From Paludibacteraceae bacterium (GTDB taxonomy: Bacteria; Bacteroidota; Bacteroidia; Bacteroidales; Paludibacteraceae): a stretch of DNA of 64,000 nucleotides. The stretch is from contig JAFZNG010000021.1 of assembly GCA_017551025.1 (NCBI GenBank), positions 12,908 to 76,907 on the forward strand. The letters are read 5' to 3'. The number at the start of each line of letters is the position of its first letter. The first letter of the stretch is position 1. Below are positions 19,438-27,692 of this stretch, piece by piece. The notes beneath the pieces were generated by a model. It was not told the origin of the DNA. It searched no databases and saw only the letters and a program-made list of their open reading frames with translations. A program made the translations under genes and the position numbers.

Positions 19438-19571
19438 CTTTATACTCCATTTTAGGGAATGTTAATCTAAAATGAAGACAAAGATACATCTATTCTTCCG
19501 ATCGGCAAAGGGGATTGATTAGCCCCATTTAGTCAAAAAATAAAGAATTTTTGCATTTTTTTGCTCAATTT

Positions 19572-19603
19572 CTTGCGTATGTCAAAAAAAAACTGTACTT
19601 TTG
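19572..19603 (+). promoter_or_regulatory. -33/-7 promoter with no obvious gene behind it
   Basis: cTTGcg-N19-TActTTTGcagcg. Confidence 0.55.
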
Positions 19604-19609
19604 CAGCGC

Positions 19610-19910
19610 AAAACGCAAAGTTTTGCAGTATTTCAGTCCACGCTGGGGAGGTGTCCTTACTTAAGTGGGCGGGAATACGGACATATTGAAAACGGCGTCT
19701 TTAGCGCTTTGTTTTGGCTATCTGGAATCTGGTAAATTCACAACTAATCCAAAACATTGCAGCACAAGATGCCCATGGTATGTATTAAACAAGGTACGTA
19801 CATACGTACACGTATACATACGGCGTGGGCTCCAGTGTTGTTGTTTGGATTAAAGGCAATACCAGAGCCTCAGATAGCGGAACAGCAAGATTGCAGTCCC
19901 GCTTTTTTAT
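19610..19910 (+). ncRNA. Candidate non-coding transcript, about 300 nt, class unknown
   Basis: The segment runs from a consensus promoter to a weak hairpin plus T6 (19876-19908). Internal pairings include GCAAAAC/GTTTTGC and GTATGTAT/ATACATAC. The only ORFs look implausible (62 and 79 aa in the track, with non-ATG starts). Confidence 0.3.
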
Positions 19911-20062
19911 TTGTTATATGCGGGAATTCAATCAAAGACGTACAAAGAGTGATCTTTGAAATATTGGATTACCGTAAAAAAGAAATTGTTGGCTAATTTT
20001 TGGTAATTGTTGACCGAAAAACAAGAAAATTCGCTTAATTCGGTTAATTTGTGAACGAAAAT

Positions 20063-20094
20063 CTTGCATATGTCGAAAAATTGTTGTACCTTTG
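20063..20094 (+). promoter_or_regulatory. -33/-7 promoter for the 44-aa ORF + GNAT pair
   Basis: cTTGca-N18-TAccTTTGcagcgacaaagg. CCTTTG/CAAAGG form an inverted repeat at the predicted start site. Confidence 0.6.
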
Positions 20095-20131
20095 CAGCGA
20101 CAAAGGTAAATAAACAGCAAAATTTTAGACT

Positions 20132-20266
20132 ATGTTTGGTGTAAGATCTTCAAATCAGCCCATTAGCGGACAGTTCGCAGAAGATTTCGTGCGGAATCTT
20201 CTCGAGGCTCAAAAGCAACCTAAACAAGAGGTAAGAAAAATGACGCATAATATTGTAATTGATTAA
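20132..20266 (+). CDS. 44-aa ORF translationally coupled to the GNAT gene; possible antitoxin
   Basis: My translation is MFGVRSSNQPISGQFAEDFVRNLLEAQKQPKQEVRKMTHNIVID. Its stop overlaps the GNAT start as TAATG. Confidence 0.35.
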   Translation: MFGVRSSNQPISGQFAEDFVRNLLEAQKQPKQEVRKMTHNIVID

Positions 20267-20814
20267 TGGCGCAACTTAACTTACATCTTCGTTTGGAGCA
20301 GGATACCTCTATCCTAGCGGATTTTTATTCTGGAGTAGAGGCGATGGATACGTTTATTCATACGCGTTTATCCGCTTTCTTGCGAGCATATAATTGTCGC
20401 TTCTATGTACTGCGAGACGAGCAGGACATTGTTGTTGCTATGTTTGTAGTTGGAGCAGGACAGCTGTTTTTAGATGAAGATTGTAAAGATGACTTGCATT
20501 TAAAGTTCCCGGATATAGAAGGGTGGCCTAGTATGCAAGATTATTGGGAGGCCGGAGTTTTTCCAAGTATAGAGATTCATTATTTAGCTGTACGAAAAGA
20601 GTATCGGAATCAGCATATAGGGGAAGATATTCTATCGCTCATTGATACTTTCAAGGAAGACATCTTCTATCATCACCCGTTGTTCTTGTCAGTCGATGCA
20701 TATTGTACAAACGAGTATTCTGCAGTGAAGTTCTATGAAAGATGTGGCTTCTGGGCTTCTGAGTTTAGAGGGCAGCACATAGATTCACTCCGGATGTATA
20801 GAACACTGAGTTAA
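20266..20814 (+). CDS. GNAT-family N-acetyltransferase, TacT/AtaT-like toxin candidate
   Basis: Acetyl-CoA motif IEIHYLAVRKEYRNQHIGEDIL, then AVKFYERCGF. The N-terminal DFYSGVEAMDTFI resembles the DFxCG...L..FL block of GNAT toxins. Confidence 0.55.
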   Translation: MAQLNLHLRLEQDTSILADFYSGVEAMDTFIHTRLSAFLRAYNCRFYVLRDEQDIVVAMFVVGAGQLFLDEDCKDDLHLKFPDIEGWPSMQDYWEAGVFPSIEIHYLAVRKEYRNQHIGEDILSLIDTFKEDIFYHHPLFLSVDAYCTNEYSAVKFYERCGFWASEFRGQHIDSLRMYRTLS

Positions 20815-20840
20815 GTTATTTTGTCTTAATCTACACCAAA

Positions 20841-20874
20841 AGCGGTAATCCAATAGCGGGTTACCGCTTTTTTG
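20841..20874 (+). terminator. Rho-independent terminator after the GNAT gene
   Basis: AGCGGTAA-loop-TTACCGCT followed by TTTTTT. Confidence 0.75.
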
Positions 20875-20930
20875 TCGTGAAAAACAAACCAATTAATTAA
20901 CCATATTTATTAACCAAAATTTTTTATTGT

Positions 20931-23900
20931 ATGAGAAAATTTTTCTTAATTCCCGTATTGGCGCTGTTTACATGCGTTAGTGCGTGGGCAATTGAGGTGA
21001 CCACCAAAGAGGCTCTTCAGACTGCTCTCAATGCAGGAGGTGAGATTACACTTGGTGCAGACATCAATCTTGGTGCATCTCAGGTTACCATGACATCAGG
21101 GACAGTTGTTTTGGATCTGAACGGTAATAATCTCACGAGTACATTGGCAAACTATGGCACAGACAAGGGTGCGCTCAATGTGTCTGGCGGTAATCTGACC
21201 ATCAATGCTACGAATGGTGGAGGCATTAGAAACAACGGTTCATCTGGTTGTGCTATTGTCGTTGGTGATGGTGCAAAATTGACAGTTAATGGAGGAACCT
21301 TTTTCGGTTTTGAGGCTATTTATACAAAAGGAGGTGAAATTATCGTAAATGATGGTGTATTCACAACTGGAGCGACTGCAGATAACTGTATTTGGTTGGC
21401 CGAAAATGACGACAATCCTTCAAAAGCTTTAATTAAAGGCGGTAATTTTACCGGTGGTTGGATGTGTTTCCAAGTTGATGCTACTTCAGAATTAAAGATC
21501 GAGAATATCACTGCTGCATCAAGTGGAAATGCAGGATGCGCTATTATTTATAATGCAGGCAACACTACAATTGAGATTACCGGTGGTTCTTTTAAAGGTG
21601 AGAACCCTGCTCAATATGTAGTATTCGAAGAGGCTCTTATGACATATGATAGCAGTACTGACACATATACTGTTTCCAAAGAAGTGTCTGGTGTCGCATA
21701 TAATCTTGATAACTTTACTACAGGCGAGTCTCTTCAAGATGTTGTTGATGCTGCCAGCAACGGTAACCATATTTTAGTTTTGGCTTCCGGTCAATCTGCA
21801 ACTGTAGGCAAGAATCTGACTTTTGAGTTAGGAGCAAACGCTGCAACTATTAATGCTGCTTCCGGTTATCAGAAATCGGTTAATGGTGATTTTGTGTCTA
21901 TAATGGCAGACGGTAGCCTCGGTGCATACTTGAATGGCGATTCCGAGACACCGTATGTGGTTAGCGCTAATACTGATTTAAGAACACAGGGTCTGGTAAA
22001 AGTTAAGGGCAATAAGAAAGTTACTATTAACTCAGGCGTTACAGTAACCACTGCTTATAAGACTAAATATCCTCATTTTAGAGTGCCTAATGGTGCTAAA
22101 TTAACTATCGAAGGAGATGGTACTATTATAGGTGATCGTGGCCAGTTTATCGTATATAAAGGCGGTGAGTTGGTAATTGGAAAATCAGACAAAAGCGATC
22201 AGCTTCATATAACTACTTCTTACAACAATGTTGTTAACCTTGTTGTGAAGAACTACGGCAAGACAACTATTAATAATGCCGAGATTCACGCTGCATCTGC
22301 AGTTGCACAAAGTTGGGGAACTATGGAGATACTTGGTGGTCTCTATACCGGAGAAGCTTCTACAGCAAGTATGCACAAATACTGTATCACTGCAGACAAT
22401 GGCTCGCAGATGACGCTCAAGAACTCAACCGTAAAAGGTGTTCATGGCGCTGTCTGTGTTCAAGGATTGGATGCATCCCAAAAGGGTGGCAATATCCGTA
22501 TCGAAGACTGCGAGTTAATTGCTACAGATACTCCTAATGGCACAAAGATTAATGGTCTCGTTCACTACGCATTGTACTCAGCTACTGGTGGTATAGCTTC
22601 TGTTTATCGGACAAAAATGAAATCCACGACACAACCACGTGCTATCCATATAGGAAATAATGACGCCTATAATACTTTCGGTTTAGTATACCTATACGAA
22701 GGCTGCAAGGTTAAATGCGATATTTCACACAAAAATGATAAAGGAGTCTACGATGGTTGGAGAATTAATGTACAAAAGAGATCGGCAACTGACAAGGAAG
22801 TTTTGTTCCCTATTTCTGTTGACGAAAATTCAGCTTGGTACACTGCCGCTATGAACGGTGGCGAAGGTCCGCTGCCTTCAGGTTACAATTGGGTCGCTAT
22901 CGACGAGGATGGCTACACATGGGAAGTTGTCAGCACAGCGGAAAAAGAGTCTGATGCTGCAGGTACTACCATTCCGTGGCAACAAAATACCACTTGGACA
23001 GATACAGAAACTCCTAAAGTTCCTGATCAGAATACCGCTGTAACTATTCCAGAAGGAAAAACCGTTGTGGTTGATAAAGATCAAGCCAACAAAGAAGCTA
23101 AGGCAGAGCAAATCACAATTGCAGGAGAAGGCGCATCGCTGACCGTACAGGACGGAACAACGCTCAATGTTGAGAATGGTATGAATATCGCCGATGGTGG
23201 TAAATTGGTTGTTGATGCCGGAGCTAGGGTAACCGTAGGTGCAGGTGGTGTCGTAGCAGCAAATGATGATGCTGTAGAGATTAAGACCGCTGAAGGCAAA
23301 TCGGGTATCTTTATGATCGCTCCGACCGTAACTGAGAATACCCACCCGATGGCTAAAGTTGAACTCAAGTCGAAAGCTTATAAGCGTGGTGAGAATGATT
23401 ATGTATGGCAACGTTTCGGTCTTCCGGGCTACATGACAGGTGTAACTCGTGCTGACATGGAATACGATCATGTTACTTATCCTACTTCGGTTAAGAAAGT
23501 TGTTAACCAGAACTGGGCAAACATGGAGAACGACGACGAGTTTGTTCCGTTCAAGTGCTACGCGTTGACTACTAATAATCCTGTAGCAGGTGCGGTTTAT
23601 ACCTTTACTTGCCCGTTGATGGGTAATGGTAATGCTGAGTTGGAGTTAACCGACAATTGGAACTATTATGCAAACAGTTACACAGCTCCGATTACGATCT
23701 CTCAAATGATTAGCGATTTTGCGACTAACTATCCGAGCGTTTCTGCTACGGTATATCTCTATGATCCGGAGACTGATTGGTGGTTTGAAATCAACAACGC
23801 TACCCAGTACTTGCACCCGACATGGCCTAAGACTATCGAGCCGATGCAGGCATTCATCTTCCAACGCATGGCTTCCGGAGATAACCCCGTAATCAACTAT

Positions 23901-24506
23901 CAAAACCAAATTTGGGATCCGATTATGACTCCTCCGGCTTCTCCGGCTCCTGCTCGCGAGCAAGTAGCTCCGTTCGGAACGGCATTGATTGAGATCACGG
24001 CTGCTGATGGCTCTAAGGACAATGTAAGTCTTGTTGCTGGTAACCAGTTCTCGTCAGCATTCGATAATGCATACGATGCTACCAAGTACATGAATGATGC
24101 TTCCTTCAACTTGTTCGCTGATGCAAATAATGAGAAGATGAGTATTATCGCTACGGATAACTTGGAAGGAACTACGCTCAGTATGACCACTAAGGAGCAG
24201 ACATCGTTTACGATGGCCATTAGCAACGTTAATGCTATGGATTATGCTATTCGCGATAACCTCACCGGTACTGTCATTGAGTTGGTAGAGGGTGCAACCT
24301 ACATGTTTAGCACGCAAGCTAACGCGAATGTAGAAGGCCGCTTCGAGATTATCCCTGTTGCTAAGATGCCGACGGCTATTGACAATATTGAAGAAACTGC
24401 TGCTGTCAAGGGCATTTACACTGTAACCGGTCAGTTCGTTGGTAATAACTACCACGCTCTGCCTGCAGGTGTATATGTTGTAGATGGCAAGAAAATCGTG
24501 AAGTAA
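20931..24506 (+). CDS. Large secreted beta-helix / Pmp-repeat-like protein with a T9SS C-terminal sorting domain
   Basis: Signal peptide, then repeated GGxxxxN / GGTF segments (VSGGNLTINATNGGGIRNNG, LTVNGGTFFG, IKGGNFTGG). The C-terminus GIYTVTGQFVG...LPAGVYVVDGKKIVK looks like a type A CTD. Confidence 0.7.
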   Translation: MRKFFLIPVLALFTCVSAWAIEVTTKEALQTALNAGGEITLGADINLGASQVTMTSGTVVLDLNGNNLTSTLANYGTDKGALNVSGGNLTINATNGGGIRNNGSSGCAIVVGDGAKLTVNGGTFFGFEAIYTKGGEIIVNDGVFTTGATADNCIWLAENDDNPSKALIKGGNFTGGWMCFQVDATSELKIENITAASSGNAGCAIIYNAGNTTIEITGGSFKGENPAQYVVFEEALMTYDSSTDTYTVSKEVSGVAYNLDNFTTGESLQDVVDAASNGNHILVLASGQSATVGKNLTFELGANAATINAASGYQKSVNGDFVSIMADGSLGAYLNGDSETPYVVSANTDLRTQGLVKVKGNKKVTINSGVTVTTAYKTKYPHFRVPNGAKLTIEGDGTIIGDRGQFIVYKGGELVIGKSDKSDQLHITTSYNNVVNLVVKNYGKTTINNAEIHAASAVAQSWGTMEILGGLYTGEASTASMHKYCITADNGSQMTLKNSTVKGVHGAVCVQGLDASQKGGNIRIEDCELIATDTPNGTKINGLVHYALYSATGGIASVYRTKMKSTTQPRAIHIGNNDAYNTFGLVYLYEGCKVKCDISHKNDKGVYDGWRINVQKRSATDKEVLFPISVDENSAWYTAAMNGGEGPLPSGYNWVAIDEDGYTWEVVSTAEKESDAAGTTIPWQQNTTWTDTETPKVPDQNTAVTIPEGKTVVVDKDQANKEAKAEQITIAGEGASLTVQDGTTLNVENGMNIADGGKLVVDAGARVTVGAGGVVAANDDAVEIKTAEGKSGIFMIAPTVTENTHPMAKVELKSKAYKRGENDYVWQRFGLPGYMTGVTRADMEYDHVTYPTSVKKVVNQNWANMENDDEFVPFKCYALTTNNPVAGAVYTFTCPLMGNGNAELELTDNWNYYANSYTAPITISQMISDFATNYPSVSATVYLYDPETDWWFEINNATQYLHPTWPKTIEPMQAFIFQRMASGDNPVINYQNQIWDPIMTPPASPAPAREQVAPFGTALIEITAADGSKDNVSLVAGNQFSSAFDNAYDATKYMNDASFNLFADANNEKMSIIATDNLEGTTLSMTTKEQTSFTMAISNVNAMDYAIRDNLTGTVIELVEGATYMFSTQANANVEGRFEIIPVAKMPTAIDNIEETAAVKGIYTVTGQFVGNNYHALPAGVYVVDGKKIVK

Positions 24507-24509
24507 GAA

Positions 24510-24656
24510 ATGAAGATGATGAGTAAAAAATCATACCTGATTCCGGAGACAGAAACCCTGTCTCTGGAATCTATGGGTGCCCTTATGATCTCGGGTGATG
24601 CACAGAACTCTCCTACAACCCCCGGACCGTTCACCGCACCTCAAAAGGTATTCTGA
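24510..24656 (+). CDS. Micro-ORF (48 aa), paralogous to 25721..25849
   Basis: My translation is MKMMSKKSYLIPETETLSLESMGALMISGDAQNSPTTPGPFTAPQKVF. It starts 3 nt after the upstream stop. Confidence 0.4.
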   Translation: MKMMSKKSYLIPETETLSLESMGALMISGDAQNSPTTPGPFTAPQKVF

Positions 24657-24683
24657 TGAATAATATTTAAAACCATTAATAGT

Positions 24684-25682
24684 ATGAAAAAAATAGCATT
24701 TTTAATGTGTGCAATGTGCTTGTCACTCGCTATGTCGGCTCAATCGATTACTAGCGTGTCGCTCATTACCCTCTCTTCTGCCGGTCAGCCGGACAAAGAG
24801 TTAGGTATGCTGATGTCTTCCTCCTTCTCGGATGGTTTTGACAACTCATGGGATGCACAATCTATTAACGAAAGTGGCATCTATGTGTACTATCAAGGTG
24901 CACGTTATACAACATGGGCAAGTAATGCATATTCGCAGAATCTTCCTATTGGATTCTATTCGTGTGATAATAATGATTACACACTAAAATTCAGCGGATT
25001 TTCAGGAGAAGAATATCAAATCTATGACCTTGTAGCTAATCAAACGATAAACGTCAATGCTGCAACTCCGAACTATGATTTTTCTATCTCTGATGACAAG
25101 AAAGGCATAGCCATCAATGATCGTTTTATCATTAACTACAACCCGGCAGCTTTCGAAACCTCTCTGACTACTAACGATTACGGTTGGGCTTCGTTCTCGT
25201 ACGATGCAAATCTCCAATCGACTCTGCCCATAGGACTTAAGATATACAAGGGTGCATTGCAAGGTACGGAGACGCTGAACCTGACGGAAGTTAACTATGT
25301 TCCGGCAAACACCGGTGTGATCGTTTACGGTACGCCGAATACGACCTATTACTTCGCAGCCGGTACCGGCACGAGTGATTTCTCTGACAATATCCTCCGT
25401 CCGACAAGCGCCTACACTATTGGTGATCAGAACGTATTCGTGCTCAAGGGCAATGCCCTGCTCCAATACGTAGGTAATACTGCTCTTGCAGCTAATAAGG
25501 CATACTTGCAGTTGCCGGGTACTACTACCGCTCCCCAACGTATCCGCATGGTCATCAACCAGACGACGGGCGTTGAGAACGCAGAGGCTCTGGAGGCTCC
25601 TGTGAAGTTCGTTGAGAACGGACAGATCTTCATCCGCCGCGGTAATGAGGTATATAACCTCCAAGGTCAAATGGTTAAGTAA
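24684..25682 (+). CDS. Secreted protein sharing a domain with the C-terminal part of the 1191-aa protein
   Basis: Signal peptide, then SSSFSDGFDNSWDAQ...RFIINY, which parallels NQFSSAFDNAYDAT...RFEIIP in the 1191-aa protein. The C-terminus IFIRRGNEVYNLQGQMVK looks like a partial CTD. Confidence 0.6.
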   Translation: MKKIAFLMCAMCLSLAMSAQSITSVSLITLSSAGQPDKELGMLMSSSFSDGFDNSWDAQSINESGIYVYYQGARYTTWASNAYSQNLPIGFYSCDNNDYTLKFSGFSGEEYQIYDLVANQTINVNAATPNYDFSISDDKKGIAINDRFIINYNPAAFETSLTTNDYGWASFSYDANLQSTLPIGLKIYKGALQGTETLNLTEVNYVPANTGVIVYGTPNTTYYFAAGTGTSDFSDNILRPTSAYTIGDQNVFVLKGNALLQYVGNTALAANKAYLQLPGTTTAPQRIRMVINQTTGVENAEALEAPVKFVENGQIFIRRGNEVYNLQGQMVK

Positions 25683-25720
25683 TTGTTGAATGTTTAACGT
25701 TTAAAGAAAGGAACAGAATT

Positions 25721-25849
25721 ATGAAAAAGAATTATATTGCTCCGATGACGGAGAACATTCAATTAGCCGGAGATTCGATGATGCAATCGCTTAACATCGT
25801 TACCGGTTCCGGTGCTCCTACCGTAGATAACGGTCAGAACATCGACTAA
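25721..25849 (+). CDS. Micro-ORF (42 aa), paralogous to 24510..24656
   Basis: My translation is MKKNYIAPMTENIQLAGDSMMQSLNIVTGSGAPTVDNGQNID. It shares the KK-x-Y-[IL]-x-P-x-TE start with the other micro-ORF. Confidence 0.4.
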   Translation: MKKNYIAPMTENIQLAGDSMMQSLNIVTGSGAPTVDNGQNID

Positions 25850-25903
25850 CGATTAGAAGAATCTCACGCATGTCGTGAGAATTAAAGAATAAATTTTTCT
25901 TGA

Positions 25904-25940
25904 GGCATCCCCGTTGCGAAACGCCGGATGCCTTTTTTTT
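25904..25940 (+). terminator. Rho-independent terminator closing the four-gene cassette
   Basis: GGCATCC-loop-GGATGCC followed by TTTTTTTT. Confidence 0.8.
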
Positions 25941-25998
25941 GCACTTTTTTGAATAACTGTCAGATTTTGGCAGTTAAGAGCAGTACTTTTGCAGCGTC
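25934..25998 (+). repeat. 65-bp direct repeat, copy 1 (contains a TActTTTG -7 box)
   Basis: tttttttgcacttttttgaataactgtcagattttggcagttaagagcagtacttttgcagcgtc, identical to 27485-27549. Confidence 0.95.
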
Positions 25999-26050
25999 CG
26001 AACGATTAGGTGGTTTCACAGAACCCACATTTTCACACATTTTTATGTGT

Positions 26051-27241
26051 TTAATACATCATCCCGAACAGCCACAACGGAATCTTGTTCTCAAAACCAA
26101 TGTCAATGCCATCTGCAACCACATAACTCTCGGGGATATTGGCTATCTGCTTATAACCTTTCGTTCGCCCACCAACCTCAAAGAGAATGTGCTTATCCAC
26201 CAACAAATCGCCCTTTTGAGGCATGGATATAGAGTGACCAAAACTCATCATATCTGCGAAATATGTCTCTCGCATCGTGCCCTGATCGGCTTGAGGAGAT
26301 AAAGCATACATGATGTTCGTATTATCAAATAATATCTTCTCCGGCTTTTGCAGCATCTTCATGGAGCGCTCTTTGGAGAATAACCGTCGTATGATGGCAG
26401 CCTGATTGAGCAAATCGAATAGTTTCATCACTTGGCTGGTGGAGGTCTCTAATGTGCGTGCCAACGCGGACACATTCAGCGTGTATGGTGATTGCTCGGA
26501 GAAGATAGCCAATAACTGCCGCAGTTTGTATATCGTCTCGTACTCTACGCTCACAACAGCCGGAATATCTTCAGTCAGCACCGTATTGATAACACGTTGT
26601 AACCGCTCGTCAAAACCGTTCCCTTCTTCTATATAGAAAGGATAGTATCCATGACGCAGATAGTTCTCAAAATGTCCCAGCACTTTTGCTTGTCCGGTCA
26701 TTTTGGAGGCCAGCTGAGGATGATGTTGTAATATATCTTCCAACGACAGCACAGGCCAGTCTGCCACGCCTTCCAATTTAAGATATTCGCGGAAACTCAA
26801 TCCTCGTAGCGTATATTCCTTGCAACGACGCGAAAGGTCACCCAACGCATGCTCGATGCGCAGCATAGAAGAACCGGTTACAACCAAATTGAGACGAGGG
26901 AATGAATCATAGATATTCTTTATCTCTTGCTGCCAATTCTGGTATTTATGTATCTCATCGATAAAGAGGTGAGTCCCGCCATGAGTGTAGTGGTATTCCG
27001 CCAAATCAATCAACGTATGATTGGCAAACCAGATATGATCTGCAGCAACATACAAGGCCTTCGATGTATCCTCAAATGTACGTGTGATATGCTGTAATAA
27101 CATCGTCGTCTTACCAACTCCACGCGCACCTTTAAGCACAATCAGACGGTTCTTCCAATTGATGCTCTCGTACAAGTAACGGAAAGAAGACGGCCTTGGT
27201 TCTCCCAACAAACGGATGTAATTTTCAATTAAACGCTTCAT
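26051..27241 (-). CDS. AAA+ ATPase, COG1373 / DUF4143-type
   Basis: Walker A LKGARGVGKTT, Walker B HLFIDEIH, and the typical length of 396 aa. Confidence 0.75.
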   Translation of the reverse strand: MKRLIENYIRLLGEPRPSSFRYLYESINWKNRLIVLKGARGVGKTTMLLQHITRTFEDTSKALYVAADHIWFANHTLIDLAEYHYTHGGTHLFIDEIHKYQNWQQEIKNIYDSFPRLNLVVTGSSMLRIEHALGDLSRRCKEYTLRGLSFREYLKLEGVADWPVLSLEDILQHHPQLASKMTGQAKVLGHFENYLRHGYYPFYIEEGNGFDERLQRVINTVLTEDIPAVVSVEYETIYKLRQLLAIFSEQSPYTLNVSALARTLETSTSQVMKLFDLLNQAAIIRRLFSKERSMKMLQKPEKILFDNTNIMYALSPQADQGTMRETYFADMMSFGHSISMPQKGDLLVDKHILFEVGGRTKGYKQIANIPESYVVADGIDIGFENKIPLWLFGMMY

Positions 27242-27358
27242 AATTGGCTGTTTTATGGTTGTTTTGCATATTCAAAAATTAAATTTTGCTCATATTTTAC
27301 ACATTCAAAAGTGTAAATTATTTTCAATTTTATACATTCCAATGTGTAATTTCGACTG

Positions 27359-27390
27359 CAAAGGTACTGCTTTTTTTTGAATTGTGCAAA
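27359..27390 (-). promoter_or_regulatory. -33/-7 promoter for the AAA ATPase gene
   Basis: The reverse strand reads TTTGCAcaattcaaaaaaaagcagTACCTTTG, leaving a leader of about 115 nt. Confidence 0.6.
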
Positions 27391-27484
27391 TATTCTGATG
27401 ATTTTTTTTCCAAATCTATAGTTTTTGCCCTACACTACAAACAAATCACCGACAAAAAAACACGATAAATCAATAAAAATCGCA

Positions 27485-27549
27485 TTTTTTTGCACTTTTT
27501 TGAATAACTGTCAGATTTTGGCAGTTAAGAGCAGTACTTTTGCAGCGTC
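27485..27549 (+). repeat. 65-bp direct repeat, copy 2
   Basis: Identical to 25934-25998. A 14-codon ORF MVMMFLFAAVLLCI follows at 27557-27601. Confidence 0.95.
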
Positions 27550-27624
27550 AAACAAAATGGTAATGATGTTTCTCTTCGCGGCAGTGCTGTTGTGTATCTA
27601 ATCGCGTAGATAATTGCAAAATAA

Positions 27625-27656
27625 TTTGCATATATAAGAAAAAAGTCGTACCTTTG
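27625..27656 (+). promoter_or_regulatory. -33/-7 promoter for fic
   Basis: TTTGCAtatataagaaaaaagtcgTACCTTTG. Confidence 0.6.
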
Positions 27657-27692
27657 CACCCGATTTTGTGTACCTATGGAAATAATACAGGA

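Noticed and set aside
16717-20814. Calling the small-gene region a prophage or integrative element.
   Set aside because: The window holds no integrase, terminase, capsid, primase or relaxase gene and no matching flanking repeats. Only cryptic-element debris can be suggested.
27654-27692. N-terminal extensions from non-ATG track starts. Examples: fic 27654, lptD-like 35246, FAH-like 40157, porV 44144, amidase 3548, relA 3653, protease 49292, DUF349 49584, TonB receptor 59144, sufE 46758, folK 16158.
   Set aside because: These starts fall inside or upstream of the -33/-7 promoter boxes, or overlap the preceding gene. In each case a downstream in-frame ATG gives a sensible N-terminus, such as a signal peptide or a conserved start.
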